A stretch of DNA of 64,000 nt. Source: Strigamia acuminata (Eukaryota). Positions 1-11,319 of this stretch are shown here, piece after piece (the stretch's first letter is position 1; the number at the start of each line of letters is the position of its first letter). The stretch spans positions 18,538,001-18,602,000 of the forward strand of contig OX442314.1 of NCBI GenBank assembly GCA_949358305.1, written 5' to 3'. The position numbers were made by a program, and so were the translations under genes. Under the pieces are notes generated by a model. The model did no database searches, was not told the origin of the DNA, and saw only the letters and a list, made by a program, of their open reading frames with translations.

Positions 1-562
1 TCGAAGGTCGTGATAAGAGACACTAATGAGATGATTTGTCCGATAACTTGACTGAGGGTTATGCGAGCGAACAATTCGTGGTACGATAACAAAAATTAAT
101 TAATAGCCGCAACACCGAACAAAGTTGTCTTCCAATTATTCGTGGAAGAGGACACAGATAGAAATAATAAAAGTAAATCCGAAGCAAAAACGTATTTGGT
201 CTTCGGAGAAGGCGAGACGAATAAAAGAAGTGCTGGCCGAGAGTTCGAAATGTTGAAGCCCTTAAGTTATTGATTCTAAGTCTGACTGAGTCAATATTTT
301 CGGACGATGCAGTTCGGATCTGTCAAATGTCGAGACACTCGAGTATTTACAACCATTACTGTTTATATCCTCACCGTAATCAAATTTGATATCACGACTT
401 TGTTATTGCAGTTAAAACCCACAAGTTGGTCAAAACAATATTATTCTTCAACCAAATATCAACTTTTCGACGTTCTATTTCATTTTATGTCTCGATTTAA
501 ATTATATGGTGGGCGTATTCGTAACTTGTTTTGTTGTTTAAATGTCGTGCTCATCCCCCGGT

Positions 563-640
563 GACTGAAAACAGACTAAACCGGCCGCCATTTTTGAAGT
601 TAGATCAAAACAAGCAGTTTTAAAAAGCAGTTTAAACATG
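563..640 (+). repeat. Dispersed repeat fragment shared with 13988-14070
   Basis: GACTGAAAACAGACTAAA...AAGCAGTTT(T)AAAAAGCA occurs at both loci. Confidence 0.6.
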
Positions 641-1558
641 TTGATTAAATTATTCTAAATTATTTTATGATTGTGCCTAGTGAAATGTTCAAAAAATCAA
701 ATTAATTTCGCACTTTCTGTAAATATTTGGCAATTTTGACCAAAAAAAAACATGAAAAACCCATTTTAGTTTACTCAAAATCGAGTCGCTGCGGTACCTC
801 AATTGTAATTGCATTTTTTTTTACGATTTTGTTAGCATTTAAACAAATTAAAAATAAATATATTTTTTTTAAATTGAATGTTTATGAAGTGCGTAAATTT
901 TACTATCCTTAAATTGCTGTGCTGAGTAAAGAACCAAAGCAATAAAAAAAATTCATGGAGCGGGGCAGTACTTGGACTTTGAGAACGTTCTCTAACTCTG
1001 TTGGAACTTTTAATCTTTGCGTATGACAGCCATTACTGAAGCTTTTTATGATATAACAACCGTATAAAGTTTTAAGTCCACACATGTATTAAACCTATTT
1101 CCTTGTCCAGTTATAAACCCAAACTCACTATAAACTAGCCAATCATGAAACTTAAACCTGGTCTTTGAAATGGCTTCTACAAAACCGTCAGATGAGATGA
1201 TGAGCATGCTCAAACTATAAACGCGCTTCCGTTTTCAATATAGCTTTAGGTCTAATGGAAATCCAATGTTGTGGCATATTATTCTTGCCTTGAGGGACAT
1301 ATAAAGTGCGTTAAATCACTTAAGATCTTGGCTTTACTTTTATGATTGCTTTACTATTCCATAATGTGACTCGAGGTCGCCACGTTCCCCAGTGTCATTT
1401 CCCTTTATCCACACCAGCTCCTACTGTAGTGACCTCAACCTGCTGCCTCCGTCTTACTTCACCCATCAATTGGAAGTTAATAATAAGTAAACAGAATGAC
1501 AATCCTGGGTTCTACAGATCAAAGTTAAATGCCACGAAAATACCTTATGGCATTCAAC

Positions 1559-1756
1559 GGGGCGTGTGACCTAGCGCGACAAAATCTTACCGCGACACGA
1601 TCTACAGCGACTTTTGAAACTGCGACTACGTTTTTCTTTGTCTAATTCCTAAGAAGGGCTAACCTTACTGTTTTTTTATGTAAAAACCATTTTTAAGGAC
1701 GGATTGTCGCGGTAGATCGTGTCGCGGTAGATTATGTAGCGCTAGATGTGGGACCC
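1559..1756. mobile_element. Non-autonomous DNA transposon (MULE-like MITE)
   Basis: GGG...CCC ends, inverted subterminal CGCGACACGATCTAC motifs, near-perfect 9-bp TSD gCATTCAAC/tCATTCAAC. Confidence 0.6.
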
Positions 1757-3524
1757 TCATTCAACTGTGGTCAATAGAACGCCTTTCTGTTTAATACTAG
1801 CAACATAATTCCAGGAACGCAGCAGCATGTTGTGAGATCTCATCATCAGGATTCTGAAAAATGTCAATTCTGAGTTTAATAAAACAGTCTAATAAAAACC
1901 TTGAACCCAATCGCAGTGTTCTTGACGCAACAAGCTCTCTGAACTTATCCATTTGCCCTAATACTATACCTCATTTCCGTTGTAAAATTGTGAGCAATAG
2001 CTCCCCCCCCTGTTGGCCAGCTTTGGCTAAGATTTGCTCTGTTTGTAACAATTGGAAATAAAGCAGTCTTGTCACGACAATCAAACTTAACGGTTGTCAA
2101 TTCATTTCTCACAAAAACATTGAGTTTCGGTTTATATCGTTTATAAAACGACAAAAATAGTACACAAAAACGTGCCTAACCGTTTTTAGGCTCGTTTGTT
2201 ATATCATTTTTGCACCGCAATCGCGCAAGTACATGGGAAAAAAATCCTTTTCTTTTATTTAACCAACGAATTGTGGGTTTATTTCAATATAATTTAACAT
2301 TTACTCACATTGTGGGAGATGGATGCTTCACCTGAAACTGTTTATATGACACTTTAAAGTCTGAATCGTCAATCTAACTTTCGAGGTAGCCATTTTGAAT
2401 TTAGTTGTAAATACCAAAACCTGGCGTAAACCGATTCATAAACCACTCCAGTCGTGGTTTTGGTTTTTTCGGTTTTTGATGATGGTTTTTGGCTGTTTTT
2501 GATGCCATTCCGTTTATAAAAACAGTAAAAACCATAAAAACCGACACTTTGAACGCGCCTAATATTTCTTCTCCCATAAATAAAACGAGATTATGTATTA
2601 AATTAATCCACCAAAATGGCAACTATGAAAGGTTTTATCACTGCAAAATAAACTGAACAAGAAAAACGATTTGTTGGTGGTCAATATCCTGAAACTTTAT
2701 GCTTGACAGGAGAATTATGCCTTTGGCAAGATGTCGTTAAGGCGTAATTGCAAAGTTATATCCAAGTCATATTTTACGCGCTTCAAAGAAGAAGAAAAAT
2801 CTTCGTTTCCTGGCGGGTATCAACTCCCGACCCCAAGGCCAAAAGGCGAGCAGACTAAGCTAGCGAAGCCACCCGGTGTTGTAAAGTTTTCTCATTTTCA
2901 ATGACACAAGAGCTGACACTGCACTTCGCGATCAGTCATTTGAGTTCTGCGGCTTCTTTCTATTCCACGCTTTAATCTCCAGTGTAGTTGTGCAAGACAC
3001 TTTTATTGCAGTCATTCGTTTTATTATTATGCTAAAGGAAATCAGTTGTTTTCAATAACAATTCTGGTTTATACGTTCGTAAAAAACGTACTTTAATCAG
3101 ATTATATTGTATTTCCACCTTTATAGTCAGAAAATGTGGACATCATTTATGTTTATCTTTTGCTCCCAGAGCTTTGCGCTTCACTAACAAAGGAAATAAA
3201 CTTCTCAGGCGCAGATAAACGCAATTAAAATAACAATTTTAAAATGTTCTAAGAATAATAAAAGAAAGAAAAAAGTTTACATCCCGGAAAAAATTTCAAA
3301 GTTTTCACATTAATTTTTATGAGAAAATAAATGGTTTTTAAAATAAACATTGTATGGCATTTACCTATTCGGTTATTTACTTATTATTAAGAACAAATAT
3401 AGTGTATATTATTTTATACTCTCTAATCCGAACACACGGCATTTGTCCGGACTCGCCCAACTGCACTTTCTCCGGGCCGAGCAACTTTCTGGGCCCTTGT
3501 GTTCAGACCACACAGTGTTTTGTA

Positions 3525-3739
3525 CAGTCGTGGACAAAAAAAACTTCCCTTCAGTTTAGCTGTTTTAATTTTATCTACCAGGTGGCATAAAAATCCATTG
3601 AGATTCAATGACATCAATCTTGACCCGGTCTCTTGTCTTGCCCTAACAACAGTATTAAAAGATAGACATGGCAAATAAGCTTAATTATAGATAAACTTCA
3701 AAGAGCTAAACTAAAGGGAATTTTTTTTGTCAACGACTG
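3525..3739. mobile_element. Tc1/mariner-type MITE
   Basis: ~50-bp imperfect TIRs CAGTCGTGGACAAAAAAAACTTCCCTT.../...AAGGGAATTTTTTTTGTCAACGACTG; left flank TA. Confidence 0.7.
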
Positions 3740-6545
3740 CACATACACCTATGTAGTTTTATCATCTCATGTTCCATAATTAAAAAAATTAAATTGTCAT
3801 TTATTTCAAAATATATCCATCTTCAACCTCATCCCCACCCCTAAATGCTTTGAGTTTCACACCCCTCAGTCGATGAGTCGAACTCTGATAGTGATAAGCC
3901 ATCGACAATTTGTATGCTGCCTGGTGTTTGTAAGTTATTTAGCATTATGCCAAAGCAACCAAGCCTTTTTGCAATAATGCCGAGAAGTTTTACTTTTACT
4001 TTTCATCCCAAATACTTTTACCCAATATTGTTTTTTTTTTTGTAAATGTATTGATTATAATCTTCACTAAACACAAATAAAATCAAACAACAACCCAAAC
4101 ATAAAAACAGAAATATCCACATTATGTCAAATATGACGTGTTAAACCATAAAATTAAATGCTCACTTAATTATTCGTCTGTCTTGATATAAATTCAATTA
4201 ATTATCCCTTAGGTATGAAATTACACTATCACATATCGCTAATTCTAATTAATTCATACATTACGATTTGCTATTCTCAAAAATAGCAACATGAATATGC
4301 TTTTAAAGAGCTCATGCACTTTAGAATAATAACTGCTTATTAATCGCATCCGCCGGGCACGTATTTAGTCAAAATAATTTGTTAACATCACCTGACACTA
4401 CCTAATTGACATTTTATCAAATACTTATACCACAATAAATGAGTTTTACGTATTTATTTGCCGAATAAACGGTAAAAGCCTATTGTTTGTTTGATGCAAA
4501 TAAGATGAGGCTAAGAATTTGATTCCAGGCTAAAGAAGATGAGTTATTGACGATATAAAAAGAAAATGCGAAAGAAAGAGGCAAGACCACCCAATTGGTA
4601 TGTCAGTGGCAGGTGCCAGAGGCAACTTGATCTGTTTTCAAATTCATAGACCCTCTTTTCAATCTATTTTTAGCATTCTTTTCAAATGCAAACACAAAAA
4701 ATGTATAAAAAGAAATGATGTAATCAACAATTCCTAAATGACTTGATGCATAAGAAATGAGAATTTATTATTTATACGTCTTGATAAGGAGATGCACATT
4801 TCGAGCCTAAAGCAGCACGTTAATGTTAATTACCTGAAAAATTTAGCAACTTTCAAGTGTGCCCTCAAGTAATTCAAGTCAGCATCTTGTGCCAACTTTT
4901 TCTTTGATTTGTTGTTTGTCTTCAACCAGGTGCAGACTTTCCACCGTCACAGCCTTCAATAAAGACTCAGCCAGGCAGCAAAGGTCTGACAGGAAACCAA
5001 TTCTACAGAGTGAAAGACATAAAAAAAAGTGTCAATTTTGTAAAAAAAAAATTAATAAAAATTGCCTTTTAAAAGGATAAAAGTAAGTGGTTTATTACAA
5101 GTGAAATGATGAATTGCTAAGATAACCCACATCGTTCAAAAATGCATTGAAATTATATTGCAATGCATTCTGAAATGCTATTGGTTTGCAAATCATAATG
5201 CATTCCCAAGGCATTCCCAAGGCATTCCCAAGACCATGGTCAATATTATTATTTGTCAGATACGAAAGCATTTCCAAATGCATTTTTTTCAATTTTATTA
5301 TGAAATGCATTATTTAATGTATTAATTCGGCGAAATGCTATGCATTTTGGAATGCATTAAGTTGTATTCACAGTTAAAATGGCAATTTAACACACGACAT
5401 TTGCGACTCCCTTTACATTCCAAGCAATCTTTCCATTAAGAAACGAAAAAAGGAAAATACATTAACCTTAATCTCTGTCCAACTGGTGCCATTTCCCTTT
5501 TCCCTTCAGGATTCTGATGGCTGGGTAGCCAAATTAAGTGAAAAGTTTAATTTTCCATTTAAATAAACCTTTGTTATCAGCCTGTGTGCCCAAATCAATT
5601 CAATGACGCGTGCATCTATTACAGTTATAACACCCAGGACCCTACAGGGGATCTTTTATTTAGCGTCGCAAATAGAACAGCTTGTGTCAATTTTGAAAAC
5701 ATGAAGTTTTTTTTGAAAAAAGAAATAAAGAAAAAAAAGTTGCTAGTGAAAAGAGACAAAGACGAACACTCACTCCTGATTTAATTATCTGTTCCAATAC
5801 TCAAGTCAGAGCAAGAGGTAATTGCTCAAGACATCTTTGAAACTGCTTCAAGCAAATGTAGCAAACTTCAATGCTAAGCTTCAAATTTAATTAAAACTGT
5901 GCTCTCTGCTTGCTTGTTATCATCCTTCGTCATTCATATTTCTGGACAGATTACTTGTGATAGTAAAAATGAAAACAATTTTTTCTAATACTTAATTAAA
6001 TAAGATATAATTAAATTTTTCAAATATAGTTCGTGATCTATAGACTCTATAGTAAACCACAAATTATCCACCTTCGTCAAAGTTTGTGTTTTAACGCCAT
6101 AAACTTTACAATTACTTGTGAAACATCCACCTACGGCAACTAGGAACTTGGGAACTTGCATAAACATACGATTAGTAAACATCCTCGTGTGTATAGTTCT
6201 GTATCCAAGACGGAAGCAAAATGCAGAAAGCTACAAAGACAGAAAGTAGAAAAACATATGAATAAATAAAAATACGTCAACGACGCATTAAAATATTGTA
6301 ATACGTACCGAAGAAATCAAAACAATAAAAATCGCCTTGAAGTCAGTCGCCATTTTACGAGCTTATACGTCATACTCTGCAGCTGTAAGCGCCACTTATG
6401 GGAGTACATCTGAAACACCAAAAAAATACAATCCGATATAATTTAATTTAAATCCAATTTAATTGCATCTAAAATTGAGGTTGAGTGTGGGGTAAACAAA
6501 AAATAATATCTTCAAGTGTATTTTAATACCTGTTCAATTTTTTTT

Positions 6546-6760
6546 TGTTGTTTATTGAATGTTGTATTCCTGTCCGCCAGGTGTCTTTGTCACCTGTGCA
6601 CCTGTCACTGACACTGACCAATCAGTGACCCGAATTGTATTTGGTGCTCCACGCACTTTTTAACATCTGTTTAAGATTAAAACCATCACTGTTAATATTT
6701 TCACCTAACAACCACGCGTCTCCATTTTTATGCCTCCAACATATTAGAACAAAAACTACA
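6546..6760 (+). repeat. 5' LTR of copia element 1
   Basis: TGTTGTTTATTG...AAAACTACA, direct repeat of 11105-11319. Confidence 0.95.
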
Positions 6761-6790
6761 GGTTATGGGCCCAGCACGCTTCCACTGCGC
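6761..6790 (+). other. Primer-binding site complementary to the 5' half of initiator tRNA-Met (copia-type half-tRNA priming)
   Basis: GGTTATGGGCCCAGCACGCTTCCACTGCGC is the reverse complement of GCGCAGTGGAAGCGTGCTGGGCCCATAACC, the D-arm to anticodon region of animal tRNAi-Met as I recall it. Confidence 0.9.
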
Positions 6791-6881
6791 TTAAAAATCA
6801 TCAAGTTTTGTACCGGAACATTCGAGGAAGTTAAAAACGAATTTAACACGAACATTCCACAAGAAACAGAACTAAGAAACG

Positions 6882-9800
6882 ATGGCGAACGGCGGCGGAA
6901 ATTCAGCTCGAATCGAGGCGTTGGGAAAGGAAAACTTCGACACATGGAAGATCCAGATGGAAGCAATTTTGGATCAACGGGACCTACTCGTGCACGCGGA
7001 AGGTACGTCGAAACGACCAGAGACCATTGAAGGCAACGCGAAACGTATGAAGGAGATCGAGACGTGGGAGAAAAGTGATCGAACAGCCAAAAATGACATT
7101 TTGCTAAATATAAAGCAATCTGAACTTCGAATGGCCAAAAATTGCAGCACCGCAAATGAATTGTGGAGGAAGTTGCATAGTGTGTACCAATCGAAAGGAC
7201 CGGCAAGAAAAATCACGTTGTTAAAACGACTCGCGACACACAAGATGGCGGACGGAGAAAACGTGGAGAGTCACCTAAAAGAATTCTTCGAACTAGTAGA
7301 CAAATTGCTAGACATGGATTTTAAAATGCCCGAAGATTTCACAACGATTCTACTGCTACTGAGTTTGCCAAATTCCTACGACAACTTTCGATGCGCAATA
7401 GAATCCCAAGATAAATTGCCATCGCTGGAAGTTTTGGAGGGAAAAATCAAAGACGAGTCGATCGCCCGCGGAAAAGGAAAAGAAGACGTGTCGGACGCCA
7501 TGATGGCCAGAAAAACGTTCCAAAAACGTAAGCAACCAAAGAAATACGGCGACGAAAATTCGAATTCGACCGAGAAGCCAGTTTTCAAATACAAGTGTCA
7601 CGGTTGCGGAAAAATTGGCCACAAAATCGCCGATTGCCGAAGTAAAAGCAAGAAGGAAAGCGCATCAAGAGCCGAGAAATCCAAGTACGAATTATTTTTC
7701 TGCGAGCAAATCGAGACAGCGCTGATAAGCGAGACATCACGACCGAAAAATTGGTGTTTGGACAGCGGCGCCAGCTCCCACATGTGCTCGAACGATTCAA
7801 CATTTTCGACGATCGAATTCCTGAAAAACCAAAAACTGAATTTGGCCAGTAAAGCGAGTACAAAAATCGACGGAAAAGGAACCGCGAAAATTGTCGTCAA
7901 CACCGGGAACGGAAATGTGAAGCTGGATTTGGCGGAAACTCTTTTGGTGCGAGATCTACGAACGAATTTGATGTCAGTCGGGAAGATCACAGAACGGGGA
8001 CACAAGGTGATTTTCGATGATAAATCAGCAGAGGTGATAAATCCGAAGGGAGAAATCGTATTCACCGCCGAAAAAAGGAACGGACTGTATTACATCGTCG
8101 ACGAGACCGAGGATGCTGCGACTGCAGCGGAAATCGAAGTCGGAACCGGATCAAAACCTGCAAAACCCGCAAGTACGAAAATACAAGAATGGCACAAAAG
8201 ACTTGGGCACCTGAACGAGTCAAGTCTGAAAATACTAAACGAAAAGGCAAACGGAATTGACTTTGAAAAGGACGCAAAGCTGCCGACTTGTGAGACATGC
8301 ATCGAGGGGAAGCACGCAAGTAAAAAGTTTCCCATTTCCGTGTCAAAAAGTGAAAAACTATTGGAGTTGGTGCACTCGGACGTATGCGGACCAATGCCAA
8401 CGAAGTCCATGAATGGATCGAGGTTTTTCGTGACGTTTACCGACGATAAATCGAGATGGTGCAAGGTGTACTTTTTGAAACATAAAAGTGAAGTTTTCGA
8501 GGCATTCAAGTCGTTTAAAACTTTTTGCGAGAAGGAAACTGGATGCGCGCTCAAGGTTTTACGATCGGACAACGGGAAAGAATATGTAAATAAGAGATTC
8601 GACGCATATTTACAAGAAAACGGCATAAAGCGCCAAACCAGCGTCGAACGAACCCCGGAACAAAATGGCGTCTCGGAAAGAATGAATAGAACTTTGATCG
8701 AGATGGCACGATGCATGTTACTGCAAGCAAAATTGCCTAACTCATATTGGGCGGAAGCAATCAACACTGCATGCCACATCCGAAATAAATGCCCGACTAG
8801 AAGTTTGGAAAATGAAATCCCGCATCAAGTCTGGACCGGAAGAAAACCGAATGTCGACTATTTTCGAGTTTTTGGAAGCAGAGTCTTCGCGTTGGACAAG
8901 AAACCGAACAAGGGGAAGTTCGAACCGAAGTCAAAAGAATGTATTCTCATCGGATATTGGGACGGATCGAAGGCGTATCGCTTGTGGTCAAAAAGCGAAA
9001 ACAAAATTATAAAAAGTCGCGATGTGAAATTTGTCGAAAAATCGGAAAATGAAACGAATGAAGAATGTGAAGAAAACGATAATAACAATAATTTTAATGA
9101 CATTCTCACCGATTGCAGAACAGATCAAATCGAGAATGGAACCGAAATTTCCGAGGACGAAGTCGAGAGCGCAGGCGAGAACGAGCCCGACAATGAGGAC
9201 GAGAGAGAGACGCAACACGAAGAAGCCGAACCTCGTCAGAATGAAAACGCGCAAATAATTCCACGACGATCCTCGAGAACGCCAAAACCTTACCCAAATC
9301 GAAATGGGGACCCACCCAGAAAGAAATACACCAGAAAGAATCCGACAACAACTAATGAAGTTTTGGACGAAATTGCACAGATAGCAATTCTCGACGATCC
9401 AACGACAGCGGCCGAAGCTTTGAATGGAAACGACCCACAAGAATGGATGAAAGCGATGAAGGAAGAGTACGACGCTTTAATCGAAAACGAAACGTGGGAG
9501 GAGTGCGACCGACCAAAAAATAGAAACGTAATCGGATGTAGATGGGTCCTCCGCACGAAATTTGAAGCAGACGGGTCAATCGAACGCAGAAAGGCCAGAC
9601 TGGTCGCCAAGGGATACGCACAGCAGCCAGGCATTGATTATTTTGAAACCTACGCGCCCGTCGCACGACCGGGATCAATTCGAATGATGATGGCAATCGC
9701 AGCCGAGTTGGGATTGACCGTACACCAAATGGACGCGATAACGGCATATTTGAACGGCGAAATCGAAGAGGAAATTTTTATGGAATTCCCCGAATATTTG

Positions 9801-10982
9801 GAATTTATTGCTGGAATAAAAATCAAGAAAGGAAAAGTCTGCCGGATGAAAAAGGCGTTATACGGATTGAAGCAGTCGGGTCGCCAGTGGTACAAAAAAC
9901 TGGACGAGAAGTTGCAAAAGCACGGACTGAAGCCAACAAACGCAGACCCATGCGTGTATTACCAAACGAATGGAGAAGTCATCACGCTCGTCGCAATCTA
10001 CGTGGATGATTTTATCATCGCAACGAACTGCAAAAGAAACCTGGAGAAAATAAAATCGAACCTGAAGAGCGAGTTCAAAATGAAGGATTTAGGACAAATT
10101 CACTACTGTTTGGGAATCGAGTTTAAACAGGACGAAAAGACGAAATCAATCACGATGGCGCAGAAAAAATACGTTAAGGACATACTGAATCGTTTCGGAA
10201 TGCAAGACTGCTCGAAAAACACAACTCCACTCGACGCAAATCAGAAATTGCAGAAAAACAAAAAAAAGGAGGATGGGACCGACGAAGAGCTACTGGATCC
10301 AGAGAAGTTCCCGTACCAAAGTTTAATCGGATCACTAATGTACCTCGCCGTTTGCACTCGACCCGATATTTCCTACACCGTCAGCGCATTAAGTCAATAT
10401 AATACGTGTTTCACCGGAACTCATTGGACAGCAGCAAAACGCGTCCTAAGATATTTGAAGCACTCATCGAATCTCGGGCTAAAATTCGAAAAGACCGGAA
10501 AAGACTTAGTCGGCTACACGGATGCAGATTGGGGAGCAAACTTGGACGACCGTCGCTCGTACACCGGCTACTGCTTTAAACTCGCGAACGCGACAATATG
10601 CTGGGAAGCAAGAAAGCAGAAGACCGTCGCAACCTCGTCGACCGAAGCAGAATATATGGCGTTGGCCGACGCGTCAAAAGAAGCAATCTACTTGCGAAAC
10701 TTCCTAGACGAAATTAAATACATCAACAAGAAGAAAGAAACGACCCTCATTTATAGCGATAATCAGGGGGCACACAAATTGGTGCGAAACCCAATTTTTC
10801 ATTCCAGGACCAAGCACATCGACATTCGCCACCATTTCGTTCGAGAAACATGTGAGCGGGGAGATATCGACATAGAATTCCTGGAGAGTGAGAAGATGGT
10901 CGCCGATGTGTTGACCAAGGGGCTTTTTAAGCCAAAACACGAAGAATTGATCGCCCAATTTGGATTGAAGGAAATTGTTTAA
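6882..10982 (+). CDS. Copia gag-pol polyprotein (Gag with CCHC knuckle, aspartic protease, integrase, RT, RNase H), 1366 aa
   Basis: Motifs in copia order: CHGCGKIGHKIADC, WCLDSGAS, WHKRLGH/CETC, VHSDVCGP, RSDNGKEY, ARLVAKG, YVDD, DADWG, RTKHIDIRHHF. Confidence 0.97.
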   Translation: MANGGGNSARIEALGKENFDTWKIQMEAILDQRDLLVHAEGTSKRPETIEGNAKRMKEIETWEKSDRTAKNDILLNIKQSELRMAKNCSTANELWRKLHSVYQSKGPARKITLLKRLATHKMADGENVESHLKEFFELVDKLLDMDFKMPEDFTTILLLLSLPNSYDNFRCAIESQDKLPSLEVLEGKIKDESIARGKGKEDVSDAMMARKTFQKRKQPKKYGDENSNSTEKPVFKYKCHGCGKIGHKIADCRSKSKKESASRAEKSKYELFFCEQIETALISETSRPKNWCLDSGASSHMCSNDSTFSTIEFLKNQKLNLASKASTKIDGKGTAKIVVNTGNGNVKLDLAETLLVRDLRTNLMSVGKITERGHKVIFDDKSAEVINPKGEIVFTAEKRNGLYYIVDETEDAATAAEIEVGTGSKPAKPASTKIQEWHKRLGHLNESSLKILNEKANGIDFEKDAKLPTCETCIEGKHASKKFPISVSKSEKLLELVHSDVCGPMPTKSMNGSRFFVTFTDDKSRWCKVYFLKHKSEVFEAFKSFKTFCEKETGCALKVLRSDNGKEYVNKRFDAYLQENGIKRQTSVERTPEQNGVSERMNRTLIEMARCMLLQAKLPNSYWAEAINTACHIRNKCPTRSLENEIPHQVWTGRKPNVDYFRVFGSRVFALDKKPNKGKFEPKSKECILIGYWDGSKAYRLWSKSENKIIKSRDVKFVEKSENETNEECEENDNNNNFNDILTDCRTDQIENGTEISEDEVESAGENEPDNEDERETQHEEAEPRQNENAQIIPRRSSRTPKPYPNRNGDPPRKKYTRKNPTTTNEVLDEIAQIAILDDPTTAAEALNGNDPQEWMKAMKEEYDALIENETWEECDRPKNRNVIGCRWVLRTKFEADGSIERRKARLVAKGYAQQPGIDYFETYAPVARPGSIRMMMAIAAELGLTVHQMDAITAYLNGEIEEEIFMEFPEYLEFIAGIKIKKGKVCRMKKALYGLKQSGRQWYKKLDEKLQKHGLKPTNADPCVYYQTNGEVITLVAIYVDDFIIATNCKRNLEKIKSNLKSEFKMKDLGQIHYCLGIEFKQDEKTKSITMAQKKYVKDILNRFGMQDCSKNTTPLDANQKLQKNKKKEDGTDEELLDPEKFPYQSLIGSLMYLAVCTRPDISYTVSALSQYNTCFTGTHWTAAKRVLRYLKHSSNLGLKFEKTGKDLVGYTDADWGANLDDRRSYTGYCFKLANATICWEARKQKTVATSSTEAEYMALADASKEAIYLRNFLDEIKYINKKKETTLIYSDNQGAHKLVRNPIFHSRTKHIDIRHHFVRETCERGDIDIEFLESEKMVADVLTKGLFKPKHEELIAQFGLKEIV

Positions 10983-11104
10983 GAAATATTGTTTTTAATA
11001 TTTGAATTGTTTGTGAATGAATACTTTAATTTTTTAAATGTCTGAATTGTTTAAGAAAAATGTTTTGAATTTTAAAATGTAGGAATATTGCCATTCAGGG
11101 GAAG

Positions 11105-11319
11105 TGTTGTTTATTGAATGTTGTATTCCTGTCCGCCAGGTGTCTTTGTCACCTGTGCACCTGTCACTGACACTGACCAATCAGTGACCCGAATTGTATT
11201 TGGTGCTCCACGCACTTTTTAACATCTGTTTAAGATTAAAACCATCACTGTTAATATTTTCACCTAACAACCACGCGTCTCCATTTTTATGCCTCCAACA
11301 TATTAGAACAAAAACTACA
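11105..11319 (+). repeat. 3' LTR of copia element 1
   Basis: Direct repeat of 6546-6760, immediately preceded by a polypurine tract. Confidence 0.95.

Larger units (their letters stand above)
6546..11319 (+). mobile_element. Full-length Ty1/copia LTR retrotransposon (element 1), apparently intact and young
   Basis: 215-bp LTRs at 6546-6760 and 11105-11319 (TG...CA, identical by eye). TTTTT target-site duplication at 6541-6545 and 11320-11324. PBS at 6761, polypurine tract AGGGGAAG at 11097-11104, and a single gag-pol ORF. Confidence 0.97.

Noticed and set aside
960..1420. Faint LINE reverse-transcriptase/RNase H-like traces on the minus strand (also ~5465-5560)
   Set aside because: Too decayed to support by eye.
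2795..2875. tRNA-like sequence on the minus strand (GGTGGCT...GGGAGTTGATACCC)
   Set aside because: A/B boxes are degenerate and no cloverleaf is evident; at best an old SINE head, not a tRNA gene.
6635..10958. Short overlapping and antisense ORFs within copia element 1
   Set aside because: Shadow ORFs of the gag-pol frame.
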